NCBI GenBank assembly: GCA_016209015.1
Contig: JACQWY010000028.1
Coordinates: 13,356-77,355 of the forward strand
From: Gammaproteobacteria bacterium
GTDB lineage: Bacteria; Pseudomonadota; Gammaproteobacteria; Ga0077536
Direction: 5' to 3'
Length of the DNA stretch: 64,000 nt
In this document: piece after piece, positions 18,419 through 27,179 of the stretch
Layout of the letters: every line of letters begins with the position of its first letter
Position numbering within the stretch: the first letter of the stretch is position 1
Translations under genes and position numbers: made by a program
The notes under the pieces: generated by a model
What the model was told of the DNA's origin: nothing
Database searches by the model: none
What the model saw: the letters and a program-made list of their open reading frames with translations, nothing else

Positions 18419-18901
18419 TCAGCGGGGCGTGTTGAGGTCGGTGTTATCTCTGGACGGGGGCAGTCCGGCGCGCTTACACCACGCGTCGAATTCGATGATG
18501 TAATCGCGAACGGCAACTGCATCGTTGCTGTTCACGATTTCAGATTGCTTCGCAGCGGGCAGGTATTTTAGGTAGGCATCGAATTGTGGGGATCTGATTT
18601 TGGAGCGCCAGCCAGGACTAACGCGATCGAGGTAGGATTCATTCGCGGCGTCCAAAGAACTTCTCGGAGACGCGGGCGGCGCGTCGGTAGTAGCGAGCGC
18701 CATTGACGGGGACTCAGGAAACTTATCGCGGCAGGTTCGAGCCACGAGAGCCGCGGTTCCCGCCGATGAACTGCTCGGCAAGTGCTTTAGGACGCAGTCC
18801 TCGTAGCTCCGCGGGATGAATGCGAAATACGCCGCGCACGCTGTAGCGATGAGCACGGCAACTAGAACGAGCATTCGCGGCATCGTGGGTCTCGCGCTCA
18901 T
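18419..18901 (-). CDS. membrane-anchored protein downstream of cI
   Basis: N-terminal hydrophobic helix, YEDCVL...CRDKFP; lower GC; rex-like position. Confidence 0.6.
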   Translation of the reverse strand: MSARPTMPRMLVLVAVLIATACAAYFAFIPRSYEDCVLKHLPSSSSAGTAALVARTCRDKFPESPSMALATTDAPPASPRSSLDAANESYLDRVSPGWRSKIRSPQFDAYLKYLPAAKQSEIVNSNDAVAVRDYIIEFDAWCKRAGLPPSRDNTDLNTPR

Positions 18902-18975
18902 CGTCCGATGTAGCGAACGGCGACGACGCATAAAGGGCACCGCACAGCGGCGCTATGTGAACACAGGCGTTTGGG

Positions 18976-19383
18976 TTAAGGAACGCCCCTTTTTCTGACG
19001 GGGCGTTCGCGCTGCATTTCTCCTTTCAGGGCTTTCCACATTCCCTTCCATTCACTCCGTCTTGCGTCGTCGAGCTGGGCCGCCATGTCCGCAAACTCGG
19101 AATATGAGTGACGTGCTTCGGATACTTCCCTAATTGAAATTGGTGAATTCTGGGCGCCGCTGCTGTCATCGTCGGCACTGCGATCCATCCATTCGCGCTC
19201 GAGACGCAACCGCTTTTCTATCTTTCGGGCCGTCTTCTCGGTAATGGGTCGAGTCCCGTTGAGCATCTGACTGATATGCCCTGGTGTCACGCCTAGCCGG
19301 TCGGCAAGCGCGCGTTGAGAGCCCTCTTTGGCTACCAACGCTTGCAGGTTCGCAACACGAATATCGTTCTTGGATTGGCCCAT
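18976..19383 (-). CDS. cI: CI-like repressor (XRE HTH, no S24 peptidase domain)
   Basis: IRVANLQALV...SQRALADRLGVTPGHISQML...EKTARKIEKRL...WMD; divergent from cro. Confidence 0.85.
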   Translation of the reverse strand: MGQSKNDIRVANLQALVAKEGSQRALADRLGVTPGHISQMLNGTRPITEKTARKIEKRLRLEREWMDRSADDDSSGAQNSPISIREVSEARHSYSEFADMAAQLDDARRSEWKGMWKALKGEMQRERPVRKRGVP

Positions 19384-19387
19384 ACGC

Positions 19388-19460
19388 GAACCGTAGCAAA
19401 AGCTACGTTGCGGCGCAGGTAGCGTTAGCTGTTGAACGAAAATGTAGCGTTTGCTATTCT
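19388..19460. promoter_or_regulatory. OR region: three operators, PR and PRM
   Basis: GTAGC-n4-GCTAC-type sites at 19392-19407, 19419-19432, 19444-19457; PR TTGAAC-17bp-TATTCT. Confidence 0.75.
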
Positions 19461-19466
19461 TCGGCA

Positions 19467-19697
19467 ATGACATTCCTTCGGTATTACTCCGCCCTTGATG
19501 CTGACGGCAAGAAGCAGTTGGCTGAGAAACTGGAAACCTCTATCGCCTATCTTTCTCAGCTCGCTCACGGCCATCGAAAGCCCGGGGCACGGATTCTGGC
19601 GCGCATCGAGAGCGCGACCGGAGGGCAAGTCACTCCGGCTGATATGCGGCCCGATCTCTTCGCCGCCCCGAAGCTCCGCGCACGAAAAGTCGGCTGA
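19467..19697 (+). CDS. cro: Cro-like (YdaS family) regulator
   Basis: LAEKLETSIAYLSQLAHGHRKPG...IESATGGQVTPADMRPDLF. Confidence 0.85.
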   Translation: MTFLRYYSALDADGKKQLAEKLETSIAYLSQLAHGHRKPGARILARIESATGGQVTPADMRPDLFAAPKLRARKVG

Positions 19698-19700
19698 GCC

Positions 19701-20006
19701 ATGGCGTCATCGTCTCCCCTGGCCGATGCAACCGCACGCAAGAACCTGACAGCCATCTTGCGGGCCATTGAGCACGTGAAGCTCGGGCCGGTCGCCGAGG
19801 CGGCGCGTGTCGACGAGAGCCAGGTCTCGCGTTGGAAATCGACGCTCTTCCCCCAAATGGCCGCGGCGCTCGCCGCCGCCGGCCTGAAAGTGGTCCCCAT
19901 CGAACAGAAGCTCTATCGCGAAGACGAGGTCGAAGCGCTGCGCGTCCTCGCGACACGCCGCCTCGAGACCATCGACCACGCCTCGAAGCTCGAGGACGGC
20001 GAATGA
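19701..20006 (+). CDS. cII: CII-like transcriptional activator
   Basis: ARKNLTAIL...VAEAARVDESQVSRWK...LAAAGLKVVP. Confidence 0.75.
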   Translation: MASSSPLADATARKNLTAILRAIEHVKLGPVAEAARVDESQVSRWKSTLFPQMAAALAAAGLKVVPIEQKLYREDEVEALRVLATRRLETIDHASKLEDGE

Positions 20007-20308
20007 GCACGCAGCTCGGGCTCTTTGATCGCCGCGCGCCGTATCAGCGCGATTCCGCGACATCGAAGGCGGCGGCCGAAGCCATCGAGCCGCGCGCCGG
20101 GACGAAACGCGCGATCGTGCTCGCGTTCATCCGCGGCCGCGGCGCGCTCGGTGCGACGAATGAAGAAATCTCGGCGGGCTGCGGACTCCAGATACAGACC
20201 GTGTGCCCGCGCGTCGTCGAGCTCCGCGAGTGCAAGCTCATCAAGGACGGCCTCACACGCCGTCCGACGCAGAGCGGCAACAACGCGGTCGTGTGGGTGA
20301 TGGCATGA
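20003..20308 (+). CDS. winged-helix DNA-binding protein
   Basis: DSATSKAAA...GATNEEI...TVCPRVVEL...RRPTQSG. Confidence 0.7.
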   Translation: MSTQLGLFDRRAPYQRDSATSKAAAEAIEPRAGTKRAIVLAFIRGRGALGATNEEISAGCGLQIQTVCPRVVELRECKLIKDGLTRRPTQSGNNAVVWVMA

Positions 20309-20901
20309 GTGATCTCATGGCATTGCCCGCGTTCGAGTTCGAAGAGACGAGCCTCACGATGTCGCCCGATGCGACGTTCGAGGACTGGTTCACGTGCGGC
20401 GAGACGCTGAAGCGCATGGACAAGGCCGTCCAGTTCTGGATCGGCGACTGGCTCATCCAGGGTGAGGTGATGTTCCCGGACCGCTACTCGCAGGCGCTCG
20501 AAGCGACAGGCGCCTCGTACACGTCGCTGCGCGCCTACGCGTGGGTGGCACGCGCCATCCCCCCAGATATGCGCTCAGACGCGCTCTCGTGGAGCGTGCA
20601 TCGCGAGATCGCCGCGTTGCCCGAGCCCGTTCGCGAAACCACGATTGCCAAGGCCGTCGAGGAAGACTGGTCGGCGCGCCGCGCGCACGCCGAGGTCCGC
20701 GAGGCCACGCGCGATCCCGCGCCGAAGTCCGAAGAGCCCGCGGACGGCTGGAAGGAGCGCGACGACTTCGATAAGCCCAGCATCGATCCGATGTGGCTGC
20801 CCAAGGTCCGCGCACTCAGCGATCACGATCTCCTGGCCTTCATCCAAGAATTGCTCGACCACGGCTGGGAGCATGCCCGCCGTCGGTTGGGCGATGAATA
20901 G
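20305..20901 (+). CDS. LmbU-like DNA-binding protein
   Basis: FEDW...G...QFWIGDWL...RYSQA...YTSLRAYAWVAR...LSWSVHREIA. Confidence 0.65.
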   Translation: MSDLMALPAFEFEETSLTMSPDATFEDWFTCGETLKRMDKAVQFWIGDWLIQGEVMFPDRYSQALEATGASYTSLRAYAWVARAIPPDMRSDALSWSVHREIAALPEPVRETTIAKAVEEDWSARRAHAEVREATRDPAPKSEEPADGWKERDDFDKPSIDPMWLPKVRALSDHDLLAFIQELLDHGWEHARRRLGDE

Positions 20902-20910
20902 GACACGCAC

Positions 20911-21957
20911 GTGACCTCAAACCTTCCCGCCCCACCCATTCCGGTAGACGTCTCTGTAGACGGCCTCGATGGGTTTCTTCTGAACGTACAGAAGCTCATG
21001 GCGTCAGAGCTGTTCGCGCTGAGCACCGGGGATGAGTTCAAGGCCGCAGTAGCGCTGTGGTGCCGCGCGTGGGTCCAGACGCCGCCCGGCTCGCTACCCG
21101 ACGACGACCGCGTGCTGGCCGCGTTCAGCGGCGCCAGAGAGTCCTGGCCTGCGGTCCGCGATATGGCTCTCCGCGGCTTCGTGAAGTGCTCAGACGGCCG
21201 CCTGTACCACACCACGCTCTGCGAGGACGTGTTGCGCGCGGCCGAGAGCCGTGACCAGCATGCAGCCCGCGTCCAGAACAAGAACGAGCGTCAAGCCCGG
21301 TGGCGTGAACGCCTCAAAGTCGTCTCGGCTGCGCTGCGTGAGAAAGGCATCAAACCGCCTCGAGGGGCGTCACTGGAGACGCTGGAGGGACTACTCGAAG
21401 CGTCTACGCATGACATTGGTGTAGGCGTCTACAGAGACGCTCATGTAGACGGTGGTGAGATTGGTTGTAAAGGGAATAGGAAGGGAAATATATCCAATAC
21501 CCAGAGAGAGATCAGATCCCCTCGCGCGCGCGACTCCGCCGACGCCCTGTTCCCTCTCTCTCTGGATTTTGAAATACCGAAGGACTGGCTGACCTGGGCG
21601 CGCGGCCAGCGCGCCGATTTGCACCACGAGGAAATCTACGCGGCCGCCGAGAAATTCCGATCGCACCACGCGGCGCGGAGTCACGCGAGGACCCGTGCCG
21701 GCTGGGAATCCGAGTGGCGCAAGTGGGTCGTCAACGAACGCGCCGTCCCGAAAAACGGGAGCGGCGGGAATCAGGGGCGCAGCTTCCACTACAACGGCGA
21801 AACCATCGTCGTTCGCATGAATGTTCGCGGCGAGTTCGACAACGAGCACGTCGCCATTGCACGGAAAATCGGCGTAACGAGTATGGGTCTTCCGCGTGAG
21901 CAGCTCGAGCAGAAGCTGCTCGGCAAACTCAGGCAGCTCGCGAACGCCGAAGCCTGA
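20911..21957 (+). CDS. DUF1376/YdaU-like replication initiator
   Basis: FKAAVALWCRAWVQTPPGSLPDDDRVLA...GFVKCSDGRLYH; position after cII. Confidence 0.75.
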   Translation: MTSNLPAPPIPVDVSVDGLDGFLLNVQKLMASELFALSTGDEFKAAVALWCRAWVQTPPGSLPDDDRVLAAFSGARESWPAVRDMALRGFVKCSDGRLYHTTLCEDVLRAAESRDQHAARVQNKNERQARWRERLKVVSAALREKGIKPPRGASLETLEGLLEASTHDIGVGVYRDAHVDGGEIGCKGNRKGNISNTQREIRSPRARDSADALFPLSLDFEIPKDWLTWARGQRADLHHEEIYAAAEKFRSHHAARSHARTRAGWESEWRKWVVNERAVPKNGSGGNQGRSFHYNGETIVVRMNVRGEFDNEHVAIARKIGVTSMGLPREQLEQKLLGKLRQLANAEA

Positions 21958-21996
21958 TCTAAAACCGACTTACGACGAGACACAGGGGAATGGACC

Positions 21997-22404
21997 ATGG
22001 CAGCAAAAACAATCGACGAGCTCAAGCGCGCGATTCTCGCGTGCGCGGTGATGAGCACGGAAGACTACATAAGCACCAATAGCGTGCGTGCGAAATTCCC
22101 GGATTGGCATCCGAGCGACATCGTCGCGACGCTCGGCGAACTCAACAAGGCGGGCCTGCTCAAGCGCATCGGAATCGATCGCGACGGCTCCGAGCAGTTC
22201 GTGGCGACGGAGCATGCGGCCGAATACCGAATCGAAATCGGCGGCACCGCCCCGGAGCGTGCGGAAGGCAGGTTCGCGATGCGCCGCAAGGTCACGAGTT
22301 TCGATCTGACGGTCGGAGACTGCCGCATCAGCCTGCAAGGCGATGAGGATTTCGTGCGCGAACTGGCGGCCGAAGCTATGCGCCGCCTCGGGATCACTCC
22401 GTGA
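21997..22404 (+). CDS. phage hypothetical protein
   Basis: coupled ORF in early-right operon. Confidence 0.6.
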   Translation: MAAKTIDELKRAILACAVMSTEDYISTNSVRAKFPDWHPSDIVATLGELNKAGLLKRIGIDRDGSEQFVATEHAAEYRIEIGGTAPERAEGRFAMRRKVTSFDLTVGDCRISLQGDEDFVRELAAEAMRRLGITP

Positions 22405-22739
22405 ACGCCTTCTGGAAATTCCTGCAGGGTGTCGCGGCCACGGTCGCAATCATCGTGCTCGTGGTGCTCGTGGTCGCCGGGCTCATGGCCGTGACAGACC
22501 GCGCTTTCGCAGACGAGACGCGGCCCACCCCGCATCAGGCCGCGGAGCTCGTGCGCGAGTGGCGTGCGAACCATGAGCAGGAAGCCATCGCGACCGAGTT
22601 CGACAAGATGCCGGTCACGCACTGCGTGCAGATCAATCGGCGCGGCGCGTCCGTCGTCTGCATCTCGTTCGACGAGTGGGCGCGCATGCACGCCGATGAC
22701 CGCACGGCCGTCGAGACGCGGCGCGGGGGGCGGATGTGA
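22401..22739 (+). CDS. phage membrane protein
   Basis: N-terminal hydrophobic helix; GTGA overlaps. Confidence 0.6.
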   Translation: MNAFWKFLQGVAATVAIIVLVVLVVAGLMAVTDRAFADETRPTPHQAAELVREWRANHEQEAIATEFDKMPVTHCVQINRRGASVVCISFDEWARMHADDRTAVETRRGGRM

Positions 22740-23059
22740 ACTACCGTAACCCCGAACTGCTCGAGCTCGCGCGCGGCAAGCCCTGCATGATGCGCTTGCA
22801 GCGGGTCTGCAACGGAAACCCAGAAACCGTCGTCTGGGCGCACCTGAACAGCTTGGACAGCGGGAAGGGCACGGGTATCAAGGGGCACGACAGCGAAGGC
22901 GGCTTCGCGTGCTCGGCGTGTCACGACGCGTTAGATGGGCGTACACGCGTCCACTACTCGCGCAACGAGCTCCGCGAAGCCGGGCTGCACATGATGCGGC
23001 GGACCATGACCTTCCTTCTCGCCGAAGGGCTCATCGCCGTGGTGAAGCCGAAGAAATGA
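22736..23059 (+). CDS. DUF1364/YbcO-like nuclease-domain protein
   Basis: ARGKPCMMRLQRVCNGNPETVVWAH...GIKGHD...ACSACHDALDGR. Confidence 0.85.
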   Translation: MNYRNPELLELARGKPCMMRLQRVCNGNPETVVWAHLNSLDSGKGTGIKGHDSEGGFACSACHDALDGRTRVHYSRNELREAGLHMMRRTMTFLLAEGLIAVVKPKK

Positions 23060-23211
23060 TCCACGTGGAACATATCGGCAACGCCAATCTCCACATCGGC
23101 GACTGCCGTGAGGCCCTGGCGACGCTGCCCGACGGCTGTATTCAGTGCTGCGTGACGTCCCCGCCGTACTGGGGCCTCCGGGACTATGGCGTCGATGGGC
23201 AGATCGAATGA
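23056..23211 (+). pseudogene. N-terminal fragment of N4/N6 DNA methyltransferase
   Basis: GDCREAL...CCVTSPPYWGLRDYGVDGQIE then stop; no SAM-binding motif follows. Confidence 0.75.
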
Positions 23212-23221
23212 GGCTGATGGT

Positions 23222-23467
23222 ATGAGCGCACTCGTCTGGGAGAAGTCGCGTTGCGGTCGGATGCTCATCGCCGAGGGCGGGTATGCGGTGAAGCGCTTTC
23301 ACTGCGGCATTGCGGCCTACCACACGCCGCGCGTGCCCGCCGGCTGCACGCTGATGTCGGGCTCTGGGCTCCGGAAGCAACTCGGGTACTTCGACTCCTT
23401 CCAGGCGGCGAAGGACGCGTGTCAGAGGCACTGTGACGCGCGCGACCTCGGACGCGAGGCTGCGTGA
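23222..23467 (+). CDS. phage hypothetical protein
   Basis: MSALVWEK...LGYFDSFQAAKDACQRH. Confidence 0.55.
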   Translation: MSALVWEKSRCGRMLIAEGGYAVKRFHCGIAAYHTPRVPAGCTLMSGSGLRKQLGYFDSFQAAKDACQRHCDARDLGREAA

Positions 23468-23820
23468 TGCGCCCCTGCCTCGACTACCGCTGTGCGAAGA
23501 AAGGGAAACTGCAACCGTTCTCGAACTTCGGCGAGACGCCGCGCGGCACGCCGAGGCGCATCTGCAAGGCGTGCACGGCTCGCCGAGACGCCGAGGCTCA
23601 GGAGCGCCGCGATCGTCGCAACGAGAGGCGCCGCAACGCCTACGAGCCGCCGAGCCTCAACCCGAACGCGATGTATCGCCAGTGGTTCAACACAGAAAAT
23701 GAATTCAACGCGGCGATGCGGCGCGCTGACGACCTCGAGCGGCGCGGGTGCCCGCTGCGCGCATCGCGCGTGAGGCTCAACGTCGACTCCATGCTCACCC
23801 CGCTGAAGGCGTATCGGTGA
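23464..23820 (+). CDS. phage hypothetical Zn-finger protein
   Basis: CLDYRC...ICKAC. Confidence 0.55.
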   Translation: MMRPCLDYRCAKKGKLQPFSNFGETPRGTPRRICKACTARRDAEAQERRDRRNERRRNAYEPPSLNPNAMYRQWFNTENEFNAAMRRADDLERRGCPLRASRVRLNVDSMLTPLKAYR

Positions 23821-24803
23821 ATGAACTACGTGTCGGCAGTCTGTTCGCCGGTATCGGATCCTTCGATCTCGGATTCGAGCGCGCCGGCGGCTTCCGCACC
23901 GTGTGGTTCAGCGAAATCGATCGCTTCTGTTCAGCCGTGCTCGACGCCAGGTTCCCCGGCATACCGAACCATGGCGACATTACCGCTATTCGAGGATGCA
24001 ATGTCGAGCCCGTCGACGTGCTCGTCGGAGGTTTCCCATGCACCGACATTTCCGTCGCCGGCCGGGGCGCGGGCATCGAAGGGCCGGAGTCTGGTCTTTG
24101 GAGAGAGTTCGCTCGACTTGCTGGCGAGCTTAGACCCCGTTGGATCGTTATTGAAAACAGCCGTGCTCTCCGAAATCGAGGCTATGACCGGGTTGCGTCA
24201 CAGTTGGAAGCACTCGGGTACGCCGTGTGGCCGTTCGTGGTTTCGGCTGCTGACGTCGGGGCGGTCCATCTCCGCGAGCGCGTCTGGGTTATTGCCCACA
24301 CCGACAGCGAACGATGCCGAGAACTCGGGCTCGCGGAACACAGCGAACAGCAAAGCACACCCGGGCGTGAGCCTGACCGACTGGGTACGGGGCGACCAGG
24401 GCAGGGGGCGGCTACTGCCGACGCCGACGACGACAGCCTACGGCTCGAACAGTGGGGGACGCCACGAGGGCCACGCACGGCCGGGCCTCAAGACGATGGC
24501 GACGCACGGCATGCTCCCGACACCCTCGCACCGCGACTACCGCTCCCCGAATGCGAAGCCGTACTCCGAGCGGGGTGGCGGTATGAAAGGCGAGCAGTTG
24601 CCGAATGCGATCGCGCACGACCTTGGGATGCCGGGCCGCCTGTCGCCCCTGTTTGTCTCGTGGATGATTGGACTCCCGACTCGCTGGTGCGACATCGGCG
24701 ACCGGCGCTTAGGGCGCTCGGCAACAGCCTCCTCCCGCAAATCGCGGAAATCATCGCGCGTGCAATCCGACGGGTCGAAGACCAGTTGAGGGGGCTTCAT
24801 TGA
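23817..24803 (+). CDS. C5 cytosine DNA methyltransferase, large subunit (motifs I-VIII and X)
   Basis: SLFAGIG, GGFPCTDIS, IENS, HLRERVW, ALGNSLLPQIA. Confidence 0.85.
   Translation: MNELRVGSLFAGIGSFDLGFERAGGFRTVWFSEIDRFCSAVLDARFPGIPNHGDITAIRGCNVEPVDVLVGGFPCTDISVAGRGAGIEGPESGLWREFARLAGELRPRWIVIENSRALRNRGYDRVASQLEALGYAVWPFVVSAADVGAVHLRERVWVIAHTDSERCRELGLAEHSEQQSTPGREPDRLGTGRPGQGAATADADDDSLRLEQWGTPRGPRTAGPQDDGDARHAPDTLAPRLPLPECEAVLRAGWRYERRAVAECDRARPWDAGPPVAPVCLVDDWTPDSLVRHRRPALRALGNSLLPQIAEIIARAIRRVEDQLRGLH
23821..24789 (+). CDS. overlapping +1-frame subunit of the C5 methyltransferase (TRD repeats and motif IX); true start may be internal
   Basis: LLPTPT x2, MLPTPS, GRLSPLFVSWMIGLPTRW. Confidence 0.75.
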   Translation: MNYVSAVCSPVSDPSISDSSAPAASAPCGSAKSIASVQPCSTPGSPAYRTMATLPLFEDAMSSPSTCSSEVSHAPTFPSPAGARASKGRSLVFGESSLDLLASLDPVGSLLKTAVLSEIEAMTGLRHSWKHSGTPCGRSWFRLLTSGRSISASASGLLPTPTANDAENSGSRNTANSKAHPGVSLTDWVRGDQGRGRLLPTPTTTAYGSNSGGRHEGHARPGLKTMATHGMLPTPSHRDYRSPNAKPYSERGGGMKGEQLPNAIAHDLGMPGRLSPLFVSWMIGLPTRWCDIGDRRLGRSATASSRKSRKSSRVQSDGSKTS

Positions 24804-25354
24804 AGGCGGAATACCTGCTCACGCGCGCGGCCGGCGGCATCTGCGGCTACGAGGCGCAGATCCCGGGAACGAATCAGACCGTGAAGTTCACGACGGCCGA
24901 TGTCGGTCACGCGCTCGCCGGCGCGCACTGGTACGAGCGCGACCTTGTGCTGCTGAAGTGGGCGATGACGCCGCAGAACATCAACGCGCTCGCCAGGTCT
25001 GCGCTCGCGCGAGTGCAGCGCTCCGGTGTGGAGCTCCCGCCGCGTGGGGGCGCGCGCCTCATCCTCGTCGCGCGCGGCGCCCTGGCCGAAGTCGTGAGCG
25101 CGACGCTCTGCGGGAAGTGCGCTGGGCTCGGCTTCACTGTGCCGACAGAGCACAAGCGCGAAGTCTGCGAGTCGTGCGCAGGTCTCGGCGTCGGTCCGTG
25201 GTCGTCACGGCAGCGCGCCGCCGAATTAAAGATCCCCCGCGAGACCTTCCGCCGCAGTTGGTCGAAGCCGTACGACGAGCTCCGAAGAACATTTATCGCT
25301 GACGAGACGAATGCGCTCACCCTGATGTATCACCATCTGCGCAACCGCCTCTGA
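24800..25354 (+). CDS. Q: Q-like late antitermination protein
   Basis: CGKCAGLG...CESCAGLG...WSSRQRA...W; last gene before terminator and lysis genes. Confidence 0.7.
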   Translation: MKAEYLLTRAAGGICGYEAQIPGTNQTVKFTTADVGHALAGAHWYERDLVLLKWAMTPQNINALARSALARVQRSGVELPPRGGARLILVARGALAEVVSATLCGKCAGLGFTVPTEHKREVCESCAGLGVGPWSSRQRAAELKIPRETFRRSWSKPYDELRRTFIADETNALTLMYHHLRNRL

Positions 25355-25420
25355 TCGTCCGTTGCAATGGGTCAGATTTCGGTATCAAATTTCTATGAAT
25401 CCCTCGCCACCAGCGAAACG

Positions 25421-25449
25421 AAGCCCCGCCCCTGAGCGGGGCTTTTTCG
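25421..25449 (+). terminator. tR'-like intrinsic terminator ahead of late genes
   Basis: AGCCCCGC-ccctga-GCGGGGCT-TTTT. Confidence 0.75.
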
Positions 25450-25482
25450 TTTCCTACTCTGTATCCACGTGGAGACAACGAT

Positions 25483-25812
25483 GTGAACCGCGACGACATC
25501 ACGCAGGAGTCCGCGCGCCCGCGTGCGCGTGTGCATATCGATCCCAAGATTACGATCGATGGCGTGCTCCAGGTGCTCGTCATCGGTGCTGGCCTCGTCA
25601 TGTGGTTCGCGAAGGCCGAGGCCGTCGGGCCGCAACTCCAGGAGCGCCTGTCCTCCGTCACCGCGCTGCTCGAGACCAAGATCGACGCGAATGCGAAGCT
25701 CAGCCAGCAAGCCACTCTCGACATTGACAAGCGGCTCGCGCGCATCGACGCGAAGCTCGATCAACTGCTCGTGTTTCCGACCACCGGGACGCATCAGGCG
25801 TCCGCCCCGTGA
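25483..25812 (+). CDS. putative holin/antiholin
   Basis: single TM plus coiled coil, directly before endolysin. Confidence 0.55.
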   Translation: MNRDDITQESARPRARVHIDPKITIDGVLQVLVIGAGLVMWFAKAEAVGPQLQERLSSVTALLETKIDANAKLSQQATLDIDKRLARIDAKLDQLLVFPTTGTHQASAP

Positions 25813-26408
25813 CCCCGATCCCGAGCCTGTACGACAGCCTCATCAAGGCCGCCGTCGCGAAGCACGCGCCGGGCCTCGACTGGCGCTGGATTAAAGCCCA
25901 GTGCTGGCAGGAGTCGCACTTCGACGTCGACGCCAAGTCCCCGGTTGGCGCGCGCGGGATCGCGCAGTTCATGCCCGCGACGTGGGCGGAAGAGTGCAAG
26001 CTGCTCGGCTACGGGCTGTCCGCGGATCCGTGCGACCCCGAGCTCGCCATCCCTGCGTGCGCGCACTACATGAGCCGGCTGCGCTTCGCATGGCGGTCAG
26101 CCGCCGCGAGCTCCGCAGATCTCCAGGCGCTCGCGCTCGCGAGCTACAACGCCGGCTCCGGGAACATCTACCGCGCGAGCCGTATCGCGTTTCCGATCTG
26201 GAAAATGGTGACATGGGACGCGGTGGCGTCCGAGCTGCACAAAGTCACTGGCGACGATGACGCCCCGGAGACGCTCGACTACATCGCGAAGGTTCACAGC
26301 TACTACCGACAAATCTGCGCCGCCGAGAGCATCACCCCTGAATCAGTTCTGAGCCCGGCAGATCAACCGGGAAGCAACGGCGCCGCGGCCGTTCCGCGGC
26401 AACAGTAG
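25809..26408 (+). CDS. endolysin, SLT lytic transglycosylase
   Basis: QESHF...SPVGARGIAQFMPATW...ALASYNAGSGN...ETLDYI. Confidence 0.9.
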   Translation: MTPIPSLYDSLIKAAVAKHAPGLDWRWIKAQCWQESHFDVDAKSPVGARGIAQFMPATWAEECKLLGYGLSADPCDPELAIPACAHYMSRLRFAWRSAAASSADLQALALASYNAGSGNIYRASRIAFPIWKMVTWDAVASELHKVTGDDDAPETLDYIAKVHSYYRQICAAESITPESVLSPADQPGSNGAAAVPRQQ

Positions 26409-26422
26409 TGAGGAGATTTAGC

Positions 26423-26476
26423 ATGGCGAAGAACAAGCCGCGCGGCAGCAAGCCGAAACCGAAACCGGACTGCTAG
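26423..26476 (+). CDS. 17-aa basic peptide
   Basis: RBS GAGGAG; MAKNKPRGSKPKPKPDC. Confidence 0.45.
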   Translation: MAKNKPRGSKPKPKPDC

Positions 26477-26514
26477 GCCGAGGGGCGCTCCGGCGCCCTT
26501 CATCCAGCGCACCT

Positions 26515-26814
26515 ATGGAAACCCCAGTTGCACAGACCGAGGACGCGACTTCGTTCGAACGCGAAGTCGTTCCCGGTGAACCCCGAGCGCTCGCGGAGCG
26601 CCGCTCGCACGCCTGGAAGCAGCGCGAGCGCATGGCGTGGGTCGCGACCATCACGATTGCGATCACGATGATTGTCCCGCTTGGGCACGACGTGACGGCC
26701 GGGAGCTCGGGCATCATCAGCAACGGACAATGGGCATTCGCGGTCGTTCTGTTGGTTTTCGTCGGCGGCAAAGCGGCTGTCGAGGCGCTCGTCTCGATCC
26801 GCGGTATCAAGTGA
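26515..26814 (+). CDS. putative holin (two TM)
   Basis: two hydrophobic segments; between endolysin and spanins. Confidence 0.55.
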   Translation: METPVAQTEDATSFEREVVPGEPRALAERRSHAWKQRERMAWVATITIAITMIVPLGHDVTAGSSGIISNGQWAFAVVLLVFVGGKAAVEALVSIRGIK

Positions 26815-27179
26815 TGTTCGGGCTCACCGCAAAGATGCAGGCCGTCGTCGCGGGGATCCTCGTGGCGATCATCATCGGCCTCGGGATCTCCCTGTTCGTG
26901 GAATGGGGGCGCGTTAAGGTGCTCGAGGTCAAGGTCGCGAGCGCGCAGACCGACGCCGTCGCTTACAAGGCGACGATCGACAAGTTCAGCACCGAGAATC
27001 GCAACCTCGCCGATTCCATTCGCGCGCAGGATGCCCGCATCGAGCGCATGAAAGCAGACCAGGACCGCGCACAGTCGGAGGCCGACGCACGAGCTCGAGC
27101 CGCGCTGGGGCGCAAGGTGGCCGTTCCCGAAACGCACGGACCGGACACGCTCAATCTATGGTGGGGGCGCTTGCAGTGA
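26814..27179 (+). CDS. i-spanin (Rz-like)
   Basis: N-terminal TM then coiled coil. Confidence 0.7.
   Translation: MFGLTAKMQAVVAGILVAIIIGLGISLFVEWGRVKVLEVKVASAQTDAVAYKATIDKFSTENRNLADSIRAQDARIERMKADQDRAQSEADARARAALGRKVAVPETHGPDTLNLWWGRLQ

Noticed and set aside
25362..25392. pR' late promoter
   Set aside because: TTGCAA -35 is in the expected place but I could not find a convincing -10 at proper spacing
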